Made by a program: the position numbers and the translations under genes. From an uncultured Clostridia bacterium (GTDB lineage Bacteria; Bacillota; Clostridia; Oscillospirales; Oscillospiraceae): a stretch of DNA of 64,000 nucleotides. Below, piece by piece: positions 1-8,897 of this stretch. Each line of letters starts with the position of its first letter. Within the stretch, counting starts at the first letter, position 1. The notes below the pieces were generated by a model, which was not told the DNA's origin, searched no databases, and saw nothing but the letters and a program-made list of their open reading frames with translations. The DNA lies in NCBI GenBank assembly GCA_945486915.1, contig CALYTP010000001.1, forward strand, positions 1,965 to 65,964. Direction: 5' to 3'.

Positions 1-2
1 CC

Positions 3-1412
3 ACGATTCCATCCACCGTCGAGACCGAAAAGTACAACATCTTTGCAAAGCAGACCAAGTTGTATTTCTCCCCCAGCCTGAAAAGCCGTGAGATTGACCA
101 GATGGAGGCCGGTGAATCCTATGCCCTGTATCGCGTGGAATCCATCGGCGACAGCGTATGGGGCTATATCCAGTGCCAGAAGGATAATGCCTTAGGATGG
201 ATTCTCCTGGATGCAGAGGAAGTGGGCTCCCTCCAGATATCGGAGTCCATGGTTCCCACCGTCAAACCGGAAGAAGAGTTCCTCACCTTCCCCCAGGAGA
301 TTGATGTATACAGCTCTCCTGACACTGGTTCCCGGGTGCTGGCCCGGTACTCTGCCGGAGTTCCTGTTTCCATCGCCCGCCGGGAGCTCATCGGCAACAG
401 CATCTGGGGCGTTGTGAAATACCGGGACGGGGAGACCCTTGGCTGGATTCTGCTGGGCTACGAGGAAGCGGCTCCCTCCGAAGAATTGGAAGCCACACAG
501 CACAGCGGCCCCAGCGAGCAGGCAGAAGAACGCTATACCTTTACCCGTGAGGTCGATGTATACAGCTCTCCTGCCGAAACCGGCCGAACCGTGCGTCAGA
601 CTGCCATCGGTGAGGAATGCACCGTTTTGCGCCGAGAATTCGTCGGCGGAGGAAGCTGGGGATATATCCAACTCCAGAGCGACGGCGTCCAAGGCTGGGT
701 ACACTTCATCGAAGATGACGAAGCTCTGGCGTATTTCCGGGAATATGTGGACAGCTGCGCCCAGTCCACCCCGGATGCGGCGGAAAGCTACCTCTATTTT
801 GCCTCGGAGTACGCCCGGGAATTCTTCCGGGACATGTATGCCCCCGTCACCGGCTGGTACCCCAGCGGCATCTTCCGGGTGAATGAAAACCTGTGGGGTA
901 TCCTGTTTACCGACGCCGCACAGGGAAGAAGCGTCTATTGCTTCGTGGGGCGGATGAATGACCGGCTGTATGTGTTCCAGAATGTCCACCAGGTGCCGGA
1001 GCAGCTGTCCGACAATCTGGATGTGGCCAGCTACGAGGAGAAAAACGCCATGTATCTCAGCGATGAATACATGCAGTGCAGCTGGGTGATCAAACGGCTG
1101 CTGGCATTTGCCGATCCGGTGAAGGTGGAGCTTCAGGAGGACGGCACCGGAAAGTACGAAGGACGTTCCATGTCCTATGAGGATATGGTCTGCGGCACCG
1201 ACACCTGGCGGGTGGCCCGGGAGATTCCCGATGCGGCAGCCCACTGCACCATCACCCTCTACGCTTCCGACGGCAGCACGGCCCGGTTCTGGGATGTGGA
1301 CGGTTCCGTCCTTGTGACCTATCCCGACGGCAGCCAGGCGTGCTACCGGGTCGATTTCACCGGGGAGGAAATCATCTCCATGCTCTACGACTGGGCAAGG
1401 GAAAGGGCCTGA
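3..1412 (+). CDS. Multi-SH3b-domain protein (5' partial; frame is open from the window start)
   Basis: Three ~50-aa repeats of the form (V)YxSP...G.....WG......GW(I/V) separated by acidic/Pro linkers; no stop codon upstream of 60 in this frame. Confidence 0.6.
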   Translation, partial: TIPSTVETEKYNIFAKQTKLYFSPSLKSREIDQMEAGESYALYRVESIGDSVWGYIQCQKDNALGWILLDAEEVGSLQISESMVPTVKPEEEFLTFPQEIDVYSSPDTGSRVLARYSAGVPVSIARRELIGNSIWGVVKYRDGETLGWILLGYEEAAPSEELEATQHSGPSEQAEERYTFTREVDVYSSPAETGRTVRQTAIGEECTVLRREFVGGGSWGYIQLQSDGVQGWVHFIEDDEALAYFREYVDSCAQSTPDAAESYLYFASEYAREFFRDMYAPVTGWYPSGIFRVNENLWGILFTDAAQGRSVYCFVGRMNDRLYVFQNVHQVPEQLSDNLDVASYEEKNAMYLSDEYMQCSWVIKRLLAFADPVKVELQEDGTGKYEGRSMSYEDMVCGTDTWRVAREIPDAAAHCTITLYASDGSTARFWDVDGSVLVTYPDGSQACYRVDFTGEEIISMLYDWARERA

Positions 1413-1418
1413 TACTAT

Positions 1419-1568
1419 TTCTTGATAAAATTATACAATTTTATCAAGAAGACACCGCCTGACGGCGTTGTCGTTTCCATGATTTTTGAAATTGAAAATC
1501 ATGGAAACCCGTCTCATTATGATCTTCATATAGAAAACTACAATTTGTTCCAAATTATAGTTTTCTAT
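1419..1568. repeat. Cluster of four tandem hairpins
   Basis: Inverted repeats at 1419-1450 (TTCTTGATAAAATT arms), 1451-1472, 1473-1508 (GTTTCCATGATTTT arms) and 1530-1568. Confidence 0.8.
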
Positions 1569-1631
1569 TGAATATCAGTATGAGGAAAAGGCAAAATGGC
1601 GGCCCCTGCATAGACTGAGAAGGGTGATTCC

Positions 1632-2072
1632 ATGAAGCGAACAGCATATCCCAGAGCCGTGGCGCGGATTCGCGGCGGCAGGGATTACCCGACGATCCGC
1701 GGGAATGTATGGTTCTCCCAGCGGTGCGACGGCGTTCTTGTGGAGGCAGAGCTTTTCGGTCTTCCCAGGACGGAATCCGGCTTCTTTGCCTTCCATATCC
1801 ATGAGGGGGGAGACTGCCGGGGGGATGGATTTGCTGATACCGGCGGCCACTTCAACCCCGGCGGCGCAGCGCATCCAAACCATGCCGGAGATTTGCCGCC
1901 GCTGCTGGGGGACTTCGGAAAGGCCTTTCTGAAGGTGCTGACCGGGCGGTTCCGGGTGGAGGAGGTCATCGGCAGGACGGTGGTTGTGCACCGGAACCCG
2001 GATGATTTCCGCACCCAGCCCTCCGGGAATGCGGGGGAGAAAATTGCCTGCGGCGTCATTTGCAGAATATAA
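1632..2072 (+). CDS. sodC: Cu/Zn superoxide dismutase family protein
   Basis: FHIHE, GGHFNP, HAGDLP, VVVH and GNAGEKIACGVI motifs; no signal peptide. Confidence 0.9.
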   Translation: MKRTAYPRAVARIRGGRDYPTIRGNVWFSQRCDGVLVEAELFGLPRTESGFFAFHIHEGGDCRGDGFADTGGHFNPGGAAHPNHAGDLPPLLGDFGKAFLKVLTGRFRVEEVIGRTVVVHRNPDDFRTQPSGNAGEKIACGVICRI

Positions 2073-2146
2073 AATGTGCTTATCGGGTTAACGCAGAAAA
2101 TTGTAATTTATCGAAATGCTGAATCAAACCGATATGCACATTTTAT
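2069..2146. repeat. Palindromic intergenic repeat, family B copy 1
   Basis: ATAAAATGTGC...GCACATTTTAT arms; 2098-2140 matches the reverse complement of 39542-39584. Confidence 0.75.
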
Positions 2147-2173
2147 CATTCTGAGCTTTCTGGGAAGGCAAAC

Positions 2174-2202
2174 AAAAGCACTGGCGTTGGCCAGTGCTTT
2201 TT
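2174..2202. terminator. Bidirectional intrinsic terminator
   Basis: AAAAGCACTGG-loop-CCAGTGCTTTTT between convergent genes. Confidence 0.75.
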
Positions 2203-2258
2203 GCATATTCCTTTTGGGATATTCAATACGGCTGTTCTGACAATGATACGCACAAGAA

Positions 2259-3005
2259 TCACAGGTACAGCTCGTTGGCTTTTCTTACGGAGCAGGCCTT
2301 TCTAATTGCCATGGCCGCAATGGAAACCATGAAGCCGTTGACCTTTCTGGCGCTGCCGGGGCACTGCCTGACGCAGCGCATACAGCCGATGCACAGTTTC
2401 GGGTCTGCCGCAAAGCTGACCGCGTCAATTGCCTGCACGGGGCATTTTTCAGCACACAGGCCACACTTTACGCAGTCTTTGGCCGGCTTCGGTACAAGGC
2501 CGGCGCCGCCGCTCTTTTTGTAGGGGCGGTTTCCGGGAAGGGAAGTGAGCTCGCTGTCCTTACCCGCGATCCTGGCAGCGAAATCCGCAAGCTGCTTTTT
2601 ATCGGAGGTGTCCGGTCTGCCAGCGGCATACTGGGGCAGGATGGAGTGTTCCGCCACGGCAGCGACGGCGGCAATGACCCGGAATCCGCATTCCTTTGCG
2701 GCATCCTCCATTTCCACAAGGGTATCTTCATAAGCCCGGTTTCCGTACACACAGACGAGGGCGCATCTGGCGCCGTTGCCGGCAATCCGCTTCAAACGCT
2801 CAATTGCCACAGCGGGCGCCCGACCGCCGAAGGAAGGCATTGCGACGAAAACCATATCTTCCGGGGCGATCTCACACTTGGTAAAATCGGTTTTGGCATC
2901 GCTCAGATCGATTTTGACAGTATTTTCACCCAACTGTTCGCCAAGAATATGGGAAACCTTCTCTGTACCGCCAGTAGGGCTGAAAATGATTTCTACTACG
3001 TTCAT
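2259..3005 (-). CDS. Flavodoxin-fold plus 2x[4Fe-4S] ferredoxin protein (EFR1-like)
   Basis: N-terminal FSPTGGT, VYGNRAYED; CxxCxxCxxxCP twice near the C-terminus. Confidence 0.85.
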   Translation of the reverse strand: MNVVEIIFSPTGGTEKVSHILGEQLGENTVKIDLSDAKTDFTKCEIAPEDMVFVAMPSFGGRAPAVAIERLKRIAGNGARCALVCVYGNRAYEDTLVEMEDAAKECGFRVIAAVAAVAEHSILPQYAAGRPDTSDKKQLADFAARIAGKDSELTSLPGNRPYKKSGGAGLVPKPAKDCVKCGLCAEKCPVQAIDAVSFAADPKLCIGCMRCVRQCPGSARKVNGFMVSIAAMAIRKACSVRKANELYL

Positions 3006-3017
3006 GTAAATATCCTC

Positions 3018-3440
3018 CTATTTCTTAAGTCTTTTCCGAATGTCTGCAATGCAGTCGGCCAGGGTTTTCTCCGCAAGAGAGCGTGCAAAGGAGTCCTCCA
3101 TCTGCGCAAACATGGCGGTCAGCACCGGCTGGATGTGACGGCCTACAACGCACCGGTCGCCGGGATTCTGGTGAATGTCCAGAAGATGGGGGGTTGGTTC
3201 TTCCATGACTGCCTGATAGATTTGCAGCAGTGTAAGCTGCTCTGGGGCGCACAGCAGAGAATAGCCGCTGATTCCCCGGTGACCATGGACAATCCCTGCC
3301 TTTTTCAGCAGCGCCAGTATTTTTCGGATATAGCTGGCGTTGGTGCCGACGCTTATCGCCATTTGCTCCGAATTGGTCGGGGTGGGGGATTCCGAAACGA
3401 GAATCAGGACATGCACCGCAACGGAAAATTTCGTATCCAT
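3018..3440 (-). CDS. Rrf2-family transcriptional regulator (YwnA-like)
   Basis: MDTKFSVAVHVL...NASYIRKILALLKKAGIV...GYSL...LTLLQIYQAV; start placed at MDTK after a GAGGTG RBS. Confidence 0.9.
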   Translation of the reverse strand: MDTKFSVAVHVLILVSESPTPTNSEQMAISVGTNASYIRKILALLKKAGIVHGHRGISGYSLLCAPEQLTLLQIYQAVMEEPTPHLLDIHQNPGDRCVVGRHIQPVLTAMFAQMEDSFARSLAEKTLADCIADIRKRLKK

Positions 3441-3462
3441 AATATCTCGCGTCACCTCTTTA

Positions 3463-3517
3463 AATGTATTTGTTAGTGATACAAATACATTATATTGCGC
3501 TGCGAATGGATTGTCAA
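3463..3517 (-). promoter_or_regulatory. SigA promoter and candidate Rrf2 operator
   Basis: On minus: TTGACA (3517-3512), 17 bp, TATAAT (3494-3489); inverted repeat AATGTATTTGT-N7-ACAAATACATT (3463-3491) overlapping -10/+1. Confidence 0.8.
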
Positions 3518-3600
3518 GCGGTTCCGGCTGTATCGGCGAAAAAACGCAGAAGGTATACTGGATCCTTGCGTATTTCCCATAAGCTGACAAGATGCGGGCA

Positions 3601-3629
3601 TTGACATTCCATCCCTTCTTCGCTACAAT
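3601..3629 (+). promoter_or_regulatory. SigA promoter
   Basis: TTGACA-17 bp-TACAAT upstream of the nitroreductase. Confidence 0.75.
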
Positions 3630-3661
3630 TAGGGCAGCGATTTGGAAAGGATGGCGGTAAA

Positions 3662-4327
3662 ATGGATCTGATGCAGGCAATGCAGGAACGCCACTCTGTA
3701 AGGGCGTATACCGGGCAGCGAATTGAGGATGCAAAACGGAAAAAACTGGATGACCTGATCAGAGAATGCAATCAGGAGAGCGGGCTGCATATTCAGATTC
3801 GCTACGACGATCCCAGCGGCTTTGACTCGAAGCTGGCGCATTACGGCAGTTTTCGCAATGTGAACAATTATATCATTCTGGCCGGGAAGCCCTGTGACGA
3901 CCTGCCGGAAAAGTGCGGCTATTATGGGGAGCGGCTTGTCCTGGAGGCACAGGCCATGGGGCTGAATACGTGCTGGGCTGCGCTGACCTTCCATAAGGCC
4001 AAGGTAAAAAAACAGATCCCGGATGGCGAGGATTTGGTGCTGGTTATTGCCATTGGATATGGGGCGGGGCAGGGAAGCTCCCACAAAAGCAGACCCCTTG
4101 AGAGCGTTGTGGAAACGACGGGTGAATTGCCGGATTGGTTCCGGGCAGGAGCTCAGGCTGCTCTGCTTGCGCCGACTGCTGTCAACCAGCAGAAATTCAA
4201 AATGCGGATCGAAGATGGGGAGCCTGTCATCCGCACAGCGGGCTTCGGGCCATACACGAAAATCGACCTTGGGATCGTGAAATACCATTTTGAGTTGGCA
4301 TCCGGACACAAGGTGCGTGGCATTTGA
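3662..4327 (+). CDS. Nitroreductase family protein (TM1586-like)
   Basis: RHSVRAY, GYYGERLVLEAQAMGLNTCW, LAPTAVNQQ, IDLGIVKYHFE. Confidence 0.9.
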   Translation: MDLMQAMQERHSVRAYTGQRIEDAKRKKLDDLIRECNQESGLHIQIRYDDPSGFDSKLAHYGSFRNVNNYIILAGKPCDDLPEKCGYYGERLVLEAQAMGLNTCWAALTFHKAKVKKQIPDGEDLVLVIAIGYGAGQGSSHKSRPLESVVETTGELPDWFRAGAQAALLAPTAVNQQKFKMRIEDGEPVIRTAGFGPYTKIDLGIVKYHFELASGHKVRGI

Positions 4328-5025
4328 TGGAGCATGAAAGAAATCTGACTGCGCAGAACGCCGTGATTCTGGCCTGCACATCCATGCTGCTTCATGTGGC
4401 AGCGGCGCAGGAGAAGGCTGGAACACATTTGGAAGTGGTGGAGCTGGATCGGGCGCTGCATGAGGATCCGAAGAAAATGCGCAGGCGAATTTTGGAAGCA
4501 TTGGATACGCTGCCCGGGCAAATAGAAACGGTTCTTGTCGCTATGGGGCGGTGCGGCGGCTCATGGGATGATGTTTTGGTGAGCCGGCGGGTGGTCATTC
4601 CCAAAGTGGACGACTGCATCACGCTGCTCCTGCACACCGACGACCCCCCCCACGAAAACCTGAAGGAAGACGGGCATATGTATTTCCGGGACTGCGATAC
4701 CGGCGGGTACACCATCCAGGGGATCAAGGACCGGCTATGCCGGGAGTACGGCATGGAAGTGGGAACCTCCATTTTCGGCGGCTGGTTTGCGCCCTATACC
4801 GATGCGGACATTATCGATACCGGGGTGTATGACTGCTATAGTGAAGCGTATGTGGAACAAGCGCAGATCAATGCGGATTTGATCCGCTGCCGTCTGAATT
4901 ATGTCCAGGGCAGCAACATCATTCTGGAGAAGCTGATATCCGGAAAGTGGGATGCCCAATTTGTGGTAGCCGAACCGGGAACGAAAATCCAAATGAAGGA
5001 TTTTCAGCCGGAAGCAATCGGCTAG
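4327..5025 (+). CDS. DUF1638-domain protein
   Basis: ILAC...LHEDP...MGRCGG...PKVDDCITLLL pattern; coupled to the upstream stop. Confidence 0.75.
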   Translation: MEHERNLTAQNAVILACTSMLLHVAAAQEKAGTHLEVVELDRALHEDPKKMRRRILEALDTLPGQIETVLVAMGRCGGSWDDVLVSRRVVIPKVDDCITLLLHTDDPPHENLKEDGHMYFRDCDTGGYTIQGIKDRLCREYGMEVGTSIFGGWFAPYTDADIIDTGVYDCYSEAYVEQAQINADLIRCRLNYVQGSNIILEKLISGKWDAQFVVAEPGTKIQMKDFQPEAIG

Positions 5026-5125
5026 GAGGCGGGCTTTTATTTTTCCGTCCGCCCCCCACGGAACGGTGCGTGGAAAACCCCGTTTGGGAATACTATCCAG
5101 AACAAGGGGACTTTATTTTTGCAAA

Positions 5126-5154
5126 TTGACAAATAACCTGCGCCATGCTATACT
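5126..5154 (+). promoter_or_regulatory. Strong SigA promoter with extended -10
   Basis: TTGACA-17 bp-TATACT with TG at 5146-5147. Confidence 0.8.
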
Positions 5155-5165
5155 TTCTTAAGAGC

Positions 5166-5224
5166 AAGGGTGCTCATCCGGACACAGGATTCCTCTATCC
5201 GGATGAGCACCCTTTTATTTTTTG
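5166..5224 (+). terminator. Intrinsic terminator directly after the promoter
   Basis: AAGGGTGCTCATCCGGA / TCCGGATGAGCACCCTT 17-bp stem followed by a T-rich tract. Confidence 0.8.
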
Positions 5225-5371
5225 CTGATCGGTTTCCCCCGGAAAAACGTTGTTTGCCTGATATAGAACGGATTTTCTGTTCCGCTTTTTCGGTCGATGA
5301 ACGGCGGAATGCAGAAATCATTCCCTATGGGTGTGACCGATCAATACAGATTTTATGGGAGGCTTCTTTTC

Positions 5372-6805
5372 ATGGCGGATCTTCACGAAGAATGCGGTGT
5401 GTTCGGCGCCTTTGCGCCCAGGCCGGAAAACCTGGCGGGCATGGCCTATTACGGGCTCTATGCCCTGCAGCACCGGGGGCAGGAGAGCTGCGGCATTGTG
5501 GTGTGCGACGACGGCGTATTCACCACCCACCGGGATCTGGGCGTTATCAATGAGGTGTTCACCAAAGAGGTGATGGATGATTTCCCCATGGGAACCATGG
5601 CGGTGGGGCATGTGCGCTACGGCACCACCGGCGGCAACAACCGGGCCAACTGCCAGCCCATTGTGGTCAACCATATGAAGGGTAAGTTGGCGCTGGCCCA
5701 CAACGGCAACCTGAGCAACGCCTATGAGCTGCGCAGCAGACTGGAGCTTTCCGGCGCCATATTCCATGGAACCAGCGATACGGAAATCATTGCCTATCTC
5801 ATCACCCAGCAGCGGCTGAAGACGGCATCCATCGAGGAGGCGGTGTGCCGCACCATGGACGAGCTGGACGGGGCCTATTCCCTGGTTATCATGTCCGCGG
5901 CCAAAATGGTGGCGGCCAGAGATCCCCGGGGCTTCCGCCCTCTTTGCTTCGGCCAGTGCCCCGACGGCACCTGGGTCATTGCCTCGGAAAGCTGCGCTCT
6001 GGCGGCGGTGGGGGCAAAGTTCCAGCGGGATATCCTGCCCGGTGAGATTCTGATTTTCGATGAAAACGGCATCCACTCCGACCGCTCCCACTGTGCTGCG
6101 TTGAAGCATACTCCGTGTATCTTTGAGTATATCTATTTTGCCAGGGCGGACTCTGTCATCGATGGTGTCAGTGTCCATGCTGCCCGGAAAAATGCCGGTA
6201 AGCTGCTGGCCAGACGGCACCCGGTGGAAGCTGACCTGGTGGTGGGCGTGCCGGATTCCGGTCTGGACGCCGCCCTGGGCTATGCGGAGGAATCCGGGAT
6301 TCCCTACGGCATCGGCTTTATCAAAAACAAGTATATCGGCAGAACCTTCATCTCCCCGGGGCAGGGGCAGCGAATGAATCAGGTGAAGATCAAGCTGAAT
6401 CCCATCGAGGAGGCGGTAAAGGGAAAGCGGGTTGTCCTCATCGATGACTCCATCGTCCGGGGCACCACCAGCGGGCAGATTGTAAACCTGATCCGGGAGG
6501 CAGGGGCGAAGGAAATCCATGTGCGCATCTCGGCACCGCCCTTCCGCAACCCCTGCTACTACGGTACGGACATTGATTCCCGGGACAATCTGATCGCCTG
6601 CAAATACAGCATTGAGGAAATTGCGAAGATTATCGGCGCGGATTCTCTGGGCTATCTGGATATAGAGGATCTGACGGAAATGATCGGCTCCAAAGACTAC
6701 TGCCATGCCTGCTTCAGCGGCGAGTACCCCACACCCATTCCCACCCATACCGAGAAGGACCGGTTTGAGGGGAGGCTGTCCCAGCGGGAGAAGAAAAAGA
6801 AGTAA
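5372..6805 (+). CDS. purF: Amidophosphoribosyltransferase
   Basis: EECGVFG, LQHRGQES, GHVRY, AHNGNL, IDDSIVRGTT; Fe-S cysteines (CIFE, PCYYG, CHAC); GGGAGG RBS. Confidence 0.97.
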   Translation: MADLHEECGVFGAFAPRPENLAGMAYYGLYALQHRGQESCGIVVCDDGVFTTHRDLGVINEVFTKEVMDDFPMGTMAVGHVRYGTTGGNNRANCQPIVVNHMKGKLALAHNGNLSNAYELRSRLELSGAIFHGTSDTEIIAYLITQQRLKTASIEEAVCRTMDELDGAYSLVIMSAAKMVAARDPRGFRPLCFGQCPDGTWVIASESCALAAVGAKFQRDILPGEILIFDENGIHSDRSHCAALKHTPCIFEYIYFARADSVIDGVSVHAARKNAGKLLARRHPVEADLVVGVPDSGLDAALGYAEESGIPYGIGFIKNKYIGRTFISPGQGQRMNQVKIKLNPIEEAVKGKRVVLIDDSIVRGTTSGQIVNLIREAGAKEIHVRISAPPFRNPCYYGTDIDSRDNLIACKYSIEEIAKIIGADSLGYLDIEDLTEMIGSKDYCHACFSGEYPTPIPTHTEKDRFEGRLSQREKKKK

Positions 6806-6965
6806 GGCAACACCGCATAATGGGAGCTGCGGGCTTCGGCAGATCTTTTGCCCAATCGTGCAGTATGAAAAATGGGAAATACATCCAGTATTCCCGCATT
6901 TTCCATACTTTTGCTTGGGTCAAAATCCCGCGCCGAATCTCCTTGCCCCATTATGCGGTGTTGCC
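6806..6965 (+). repeat. ~160-bp palindromic MITE/REP-like element, family A copy 1
   Basis: Terminal inverted repeats GGCAACACCGCATAATGGG / CCCATTATGCGGTGTTGCC; begins immediately after the purF stop. Confidence 0.9.
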
Positions 6966-7124
6966 GTAAATTTTGCGTCCGTCTGCTGTGGGAACAGATT
7001 TATCCGTTCCGCATCATCCGGCAATGGGCAGCGGAATGCAAAAATGCATTCCCTACAGAGGGATACAAAATCCGGCGGCTGTATTTGTGTGGGAGGCAGC
7101 TGTGCGCCTGCGGTGAAAAAACTC

Positions 7125-7152
7125 TTGACATTCTGAAAATTTGTGGTACAAT
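7125..7152 (+). promoter_or_regulatory. SigA promoter of the Leu T-box unit
   Basis: TTGACA-16 bp-TACAAT. Confidence 0.75.
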
Positions 7153-7169
7153 CTGACGCAGATACTCAC

Positions 7170-7443
7170 AAATGCGATGACGGAGTTATGCGTCTGTTGG
7201 AGCGCTGCAGAGAGTTGGCGGGTGGTGCGAGCCAATGCGAAAAACAGAAGGCAGTCTGCCTCCCGAGCAGGTTCGGCGAACATCTTTTCCGAAGGTTATT
7301 AGCTGATCACGACTGGCCTCGTTACCGGCTATGGGCTTGTTGGAGCCCGAGAAAGATGCGTGCAGTTTTTGCGCGTAATCAGGGTGGTACCGCGTATTTT
7401 TGTAAATTCGCCCCTGAGGCCAAACTGGCCTCAGGGGCTTTTT
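7170..7443 (+). ncRNA. T-box riboswitch, specifier CUG (Leu)
   Basis: GA/k-turn motif, AGAGA and GGTGGTGCGAG stem I motifs; CTG at 7256-7258; T-box AATCAGGGTGGTACCGCG 7377-7394; terminator 7410-7443. Confidence 0.92.
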
Positions 7444-7469
7444 GTATCCCAAGATAAGGAGAATCCGTT

Positions 7470-8879
7470 ATGAGAAAAATCACCATCACCGATATGACCA
7501 TGCGCCTGTCCGGCAAGGGCTTCAGCCTGAGCTTCCGGGAGAAGATCGAGCTGGTCAAGCATCTGGACAAGCTTGGCGTTGATGTGATCGAGGTCAGCCC
7601 CATCACCAGTCCCAAGATCGACCGGCTGCTGATCAAGTCCATCAGCTCCGCCGTCCGGGACAGCGCCGTGGCTGTGTCTGTCGGTCTGAATGAAGAGAAT
7701 ATCGCCATCGCCTGGGGCGCGCTGGAAGAAGCAAAGCATCCCCGCCTGCAGGTGACGGCTCCTGTCAGCGCCGTCCAGATGGAGTATCTGGCAAGCAAGA
7801 AGCCCGCCGCCATGCTGGAGAGCATTGATAATCTGGTTACCAAATGTAAGGCGCTGTGCCCCGACGTGGAGCTGATCGCCAACGACGCCACCCGGGCCGA
7901 TCCTTCCTTCCTGCAGGACGCCATCCGCACCGCCATCCGGGCGGGCGCCAATGTGATTACCCTGTGCGATACCGCAGGCATGATGCTGCCGGATCAGATC
8001 ACTGCGTTCCTGGAGGAGACCTATGCCAATGTCCCCGAGCTGAAGGATGTCACCCTGGGTATTTCCTCCAGAAACGAATTGTCCATGGCCGATTCCTGCG
8101 CCATTGCCGCCATCCGCTGCGGCGCTTCCGAAGTCAAGTGCGCTGCCGTGGGCGAGGATGTGATCAAGCTGGAGACCATGGCAAAGGTGATCTCTGCCCG
8201 GGGCACCAGCTTCGGCGTGGAGTGCGGCATCCGCACCACCCAGATGAAGCGCATCCTGGATCAGATCCGCTGGATGTGCCAGACCGAGCGCAAGTCCACC
8301 TCTCCCTTTGACAGCGGCGTCCAAAGTGCCGGGGACCTGTGCCTGACCGTTCACGACGATATGAGTGCCGTGATGAAGGCGGTGGAGAAGCTGGGCTACG
8401 ACCTGTCCGAGGAGGACGGCGCCAAGGTTTTCGAGGCCTTTTGCAGGATCGCCGCCAGAAAGGAAACCGTGGGTGCCAGGGAGCTGGATGCCATTGTGGC
8501 CTCCGCCGCCATGCAGGTGCCGCCCACCTATCAGCTGGAAAGCTATGTGACCAACAGCGGCAACACCATCAGCGCCACCGCCCACATCCGCCTGAAGAAG
8601 AACGGCGTCATCAAGGAGGGCATCAGCCTGGGCGACGGCCCCATCGATGCCGCGTTCCTGGCCATCGAGCAGATCGCCGGACATCACTATGAGCTGGATG
8701 ACTTCCAGATTCAGTCCGTAACCGAGGGCCGGGAGGCCATGGGCGAGTCCGTGGTGAAGCTGAGAAGCAACGGCAAGCTGTTCTCCGGCAGGGGCATTTC
8801 CACCGACATTGTGGGTGCCAGCGTCCATGCCTACATCAGCGCCCTGAACAAGATTACCTACGAAGAAGCTGCCAACTGA
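7470..8879 (+). CDS. 2-isopropylmalate synthase (LeuA)-like protein with degenerate active site
   Basis: DRE-TIM barrel plus C-terminal LeuA allosteric domain (GDGPIDA, DIVGAS); DMTMRLSGK replaces DTTLRDGEQ and SSRNE replaces HxHND. Confidence 0.85.
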   Translation: MRKITITDMTMRLSGKGFSLSFREKIELVKHLDKLGVDVIEVSPITSPKIDRLLIKSISSAVRDSAVAVSVGLNEENIAIAWGALEEAKHPRLQVTAPVSAVQMEYLASKKPAAMLESIDNLVTKCKALCPDVELIANDATRADPSFLQDAIRTAIRAGANVITLCDTAGMMLPDQITAFLEETYANVPELKDVTLGISSRNELSMADSCAIAAIRCGASEVKCAAVGEDVIKLETMAKVISARGTSFGVECGIRTTQMKRILDQIRWMCQTERKSTSPFDSGVQSAGDLCLTVHDDMSAVMKAVEKLGYDLSEEDGAKVFEAFCRIAARKETVGARELDAIVASAAMQVPPTYQLESYVTNSGNTISATAHIRLKKNGVIKEGISLGDGPIDAAFLAIEQIAGHHYELDDFQIQSVTEGREAMGESVVKLRSNGKLFSGRGISTDIVGASVHAYISALNKITYEEAAN

Positions 8880-8897
8880 GGCTGAAAGGAGCACCCC

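Noticed and set aside
6697-7156. Short ORFs recurring near 6.7-7.1, 21.8-22.3 and 26.2-26.6 kb
   Set aside because: They are translations of the family A repeat, not genes.
7470-8879. Functional leuA or cimA
   Set aside because: Metal-binding and catalytic motifs are missing, so no gene symbol was assigned.
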